A stretch of 64,000 nt of DNA from Hyaloraphidium curvatum SAG 235-1. Taxonomy: Eukaryota > Fungi > Monoblepharomycota. The notes beneath the pieces are model-generated. The model had not been told where the DNA came from. It did no database searches and was given only the letters and a program-made list of their open reading frames with translations. How positions within the stretch are numbered: the first letter of the stretch is position 1; the number at the start of each line of letters is the position of its first letter. Location: assembly GCA_025558095.1 (NCBI GenBank), contig JAIVFI010000009.1, positions 620,001 through 684,000 of the forward strand, in the 5' to 3' direction. Made by a program: the position numbers and the translations under genes. Of this stretch, positions 63,233 through 64,000 are shown piece by piece.

Positions 63233-64000
63233 TCACCTGTAACCCTCGGGCTGCTCGTCCCAAACCATCTCCACATCCGTCCCCGCTATGCACCACCACC
63301 GCGCGAGCTTCCCGTCCGCCCGGCGGTGCTTCGCGCAAGTGGGTGAGGCCCAGCTGCGCGACCACTCCGCCGCGCACTTCAACCTGCTGTCGAGGAGCGC
63401 GTCGCAGGAGCGCGGATTGTAGAAGAGGGGGGATGAGGAAGGGGGGGGGGGGCGCCAACAGGACCTCAGCTTTCTGTTTGTTGTCGCCACCATAGAAGCT
63501 GTACCGTTCTTTGCGACAAATCTGCTGCATGAGCGCTGTAGATCCAGTTGCGTTCACGGCATTGACGTTGAGGCGGTGCGAGGAGTTGGGCCCGCTAGTC
63601 GTCGCAGCCAGCAGCAGCTTGATCACCTCCAGGTTCCCGTCAGCGGAGCAAGCAGTGTGCAGGGCCTTATATCGGTCACCCCCGACGTCGAATTGGTAGG
63701 ATCCGTCCGGCTTCTTGGCTGCGAGAAGGAGCTTGACCGCCTCCAGGTAGCCTCCATCAGGGCTGCGACCATAACGCTCGGTTGAGCACGCAGCACGAAG
63801 GGCAGTTTTAAGGGCAGATTTGTCCGAATCCCTGGCAGCAGTGAAACTCAGTTTGCCGCAATAATCCGCCCAGCAGCACGTGTAGGATGGGCAGCAGCTT
63901 TTTTTGGTGTGCCACAACCATGAGACCAGGCCAGCCTGTACTCTCGATATGGACCACGTTAGGGTCTACGCGTGGGTCGTCGAGCAGGGCGCGTACAACA
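63233..64000 (-). CDS. Ankyrin-repeat protein, 5' end outside the window; frame switch at the G-run near 63441-63452
   Basis: TALRAAC..GYLEAVKLLLAA, KALHTAC..GNLEVIKLLLAA, VNAVNATGSTAL. Confidence 0.7.

Noticed and set aside
1-64000. Prokaryotic origin or contamination suggested by bacterial-like ars genes; tRNA/rRNA/transposase genes
   Set aside because: Spliceosomal introns occur within ACR3 and its neighbours, contiguous with fungal genes; no recognisable RNA-gene or transposase signatures seen by eye

Overview
Gene-dense, GC-rich eukaryotic DNA, almost certainly fungal (Zn(II)2Cys6 and Yap/AP-1 bZIP factors; many short, roughly 47-79 nt GT-AG introns with CTRAC branch points). An early-diverging lineage such as Monoblepharidomycota/chytrid relatives is my inference, not established. 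About 33 protein-coding loci are visible; I found no rRNA, tRNA, CRISPR or intact transposon. Main observation: a compact four-gene arsenic-resistance cluster at 2068-6647 arranged as two head-to-head pairs (ArsH <-> ACR3 and a Cys-rich Yap-type bZIP <-> a bacterial-type LMW-PTP ArsC whose nucleophilic Cys is replaced by Ser). It is flanked by other bacterial-looking redox enzymes (TauD-like dioxygenase, DsbA/HCCA-isomerase, FAD oxidoreductase). Other notable items: a divergent pair of ABCG half-transporters reminiscent of ABCG5/ABCG8 with degenerate motifs; a 7-TM protein with gustatory/odorant-receptor-like (7TMIC) topology; a NAT with a Cys-His-Glu triad; a tetraspanin-like protein fused to a His/Cys domain; a cytoplasmic LRR-kinase with a frameshift and no catalytic Asp; a TPP1/Est3-like OB-fold gene; several decaying local duplications. 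Housekeeping genes include AAC, CLASP, TDP1, LCB2, an HSD17B10-like SDR and an NMNAT-like enzyme. Gene models were spliced by eye and all family calls are motif-based, with no database search.
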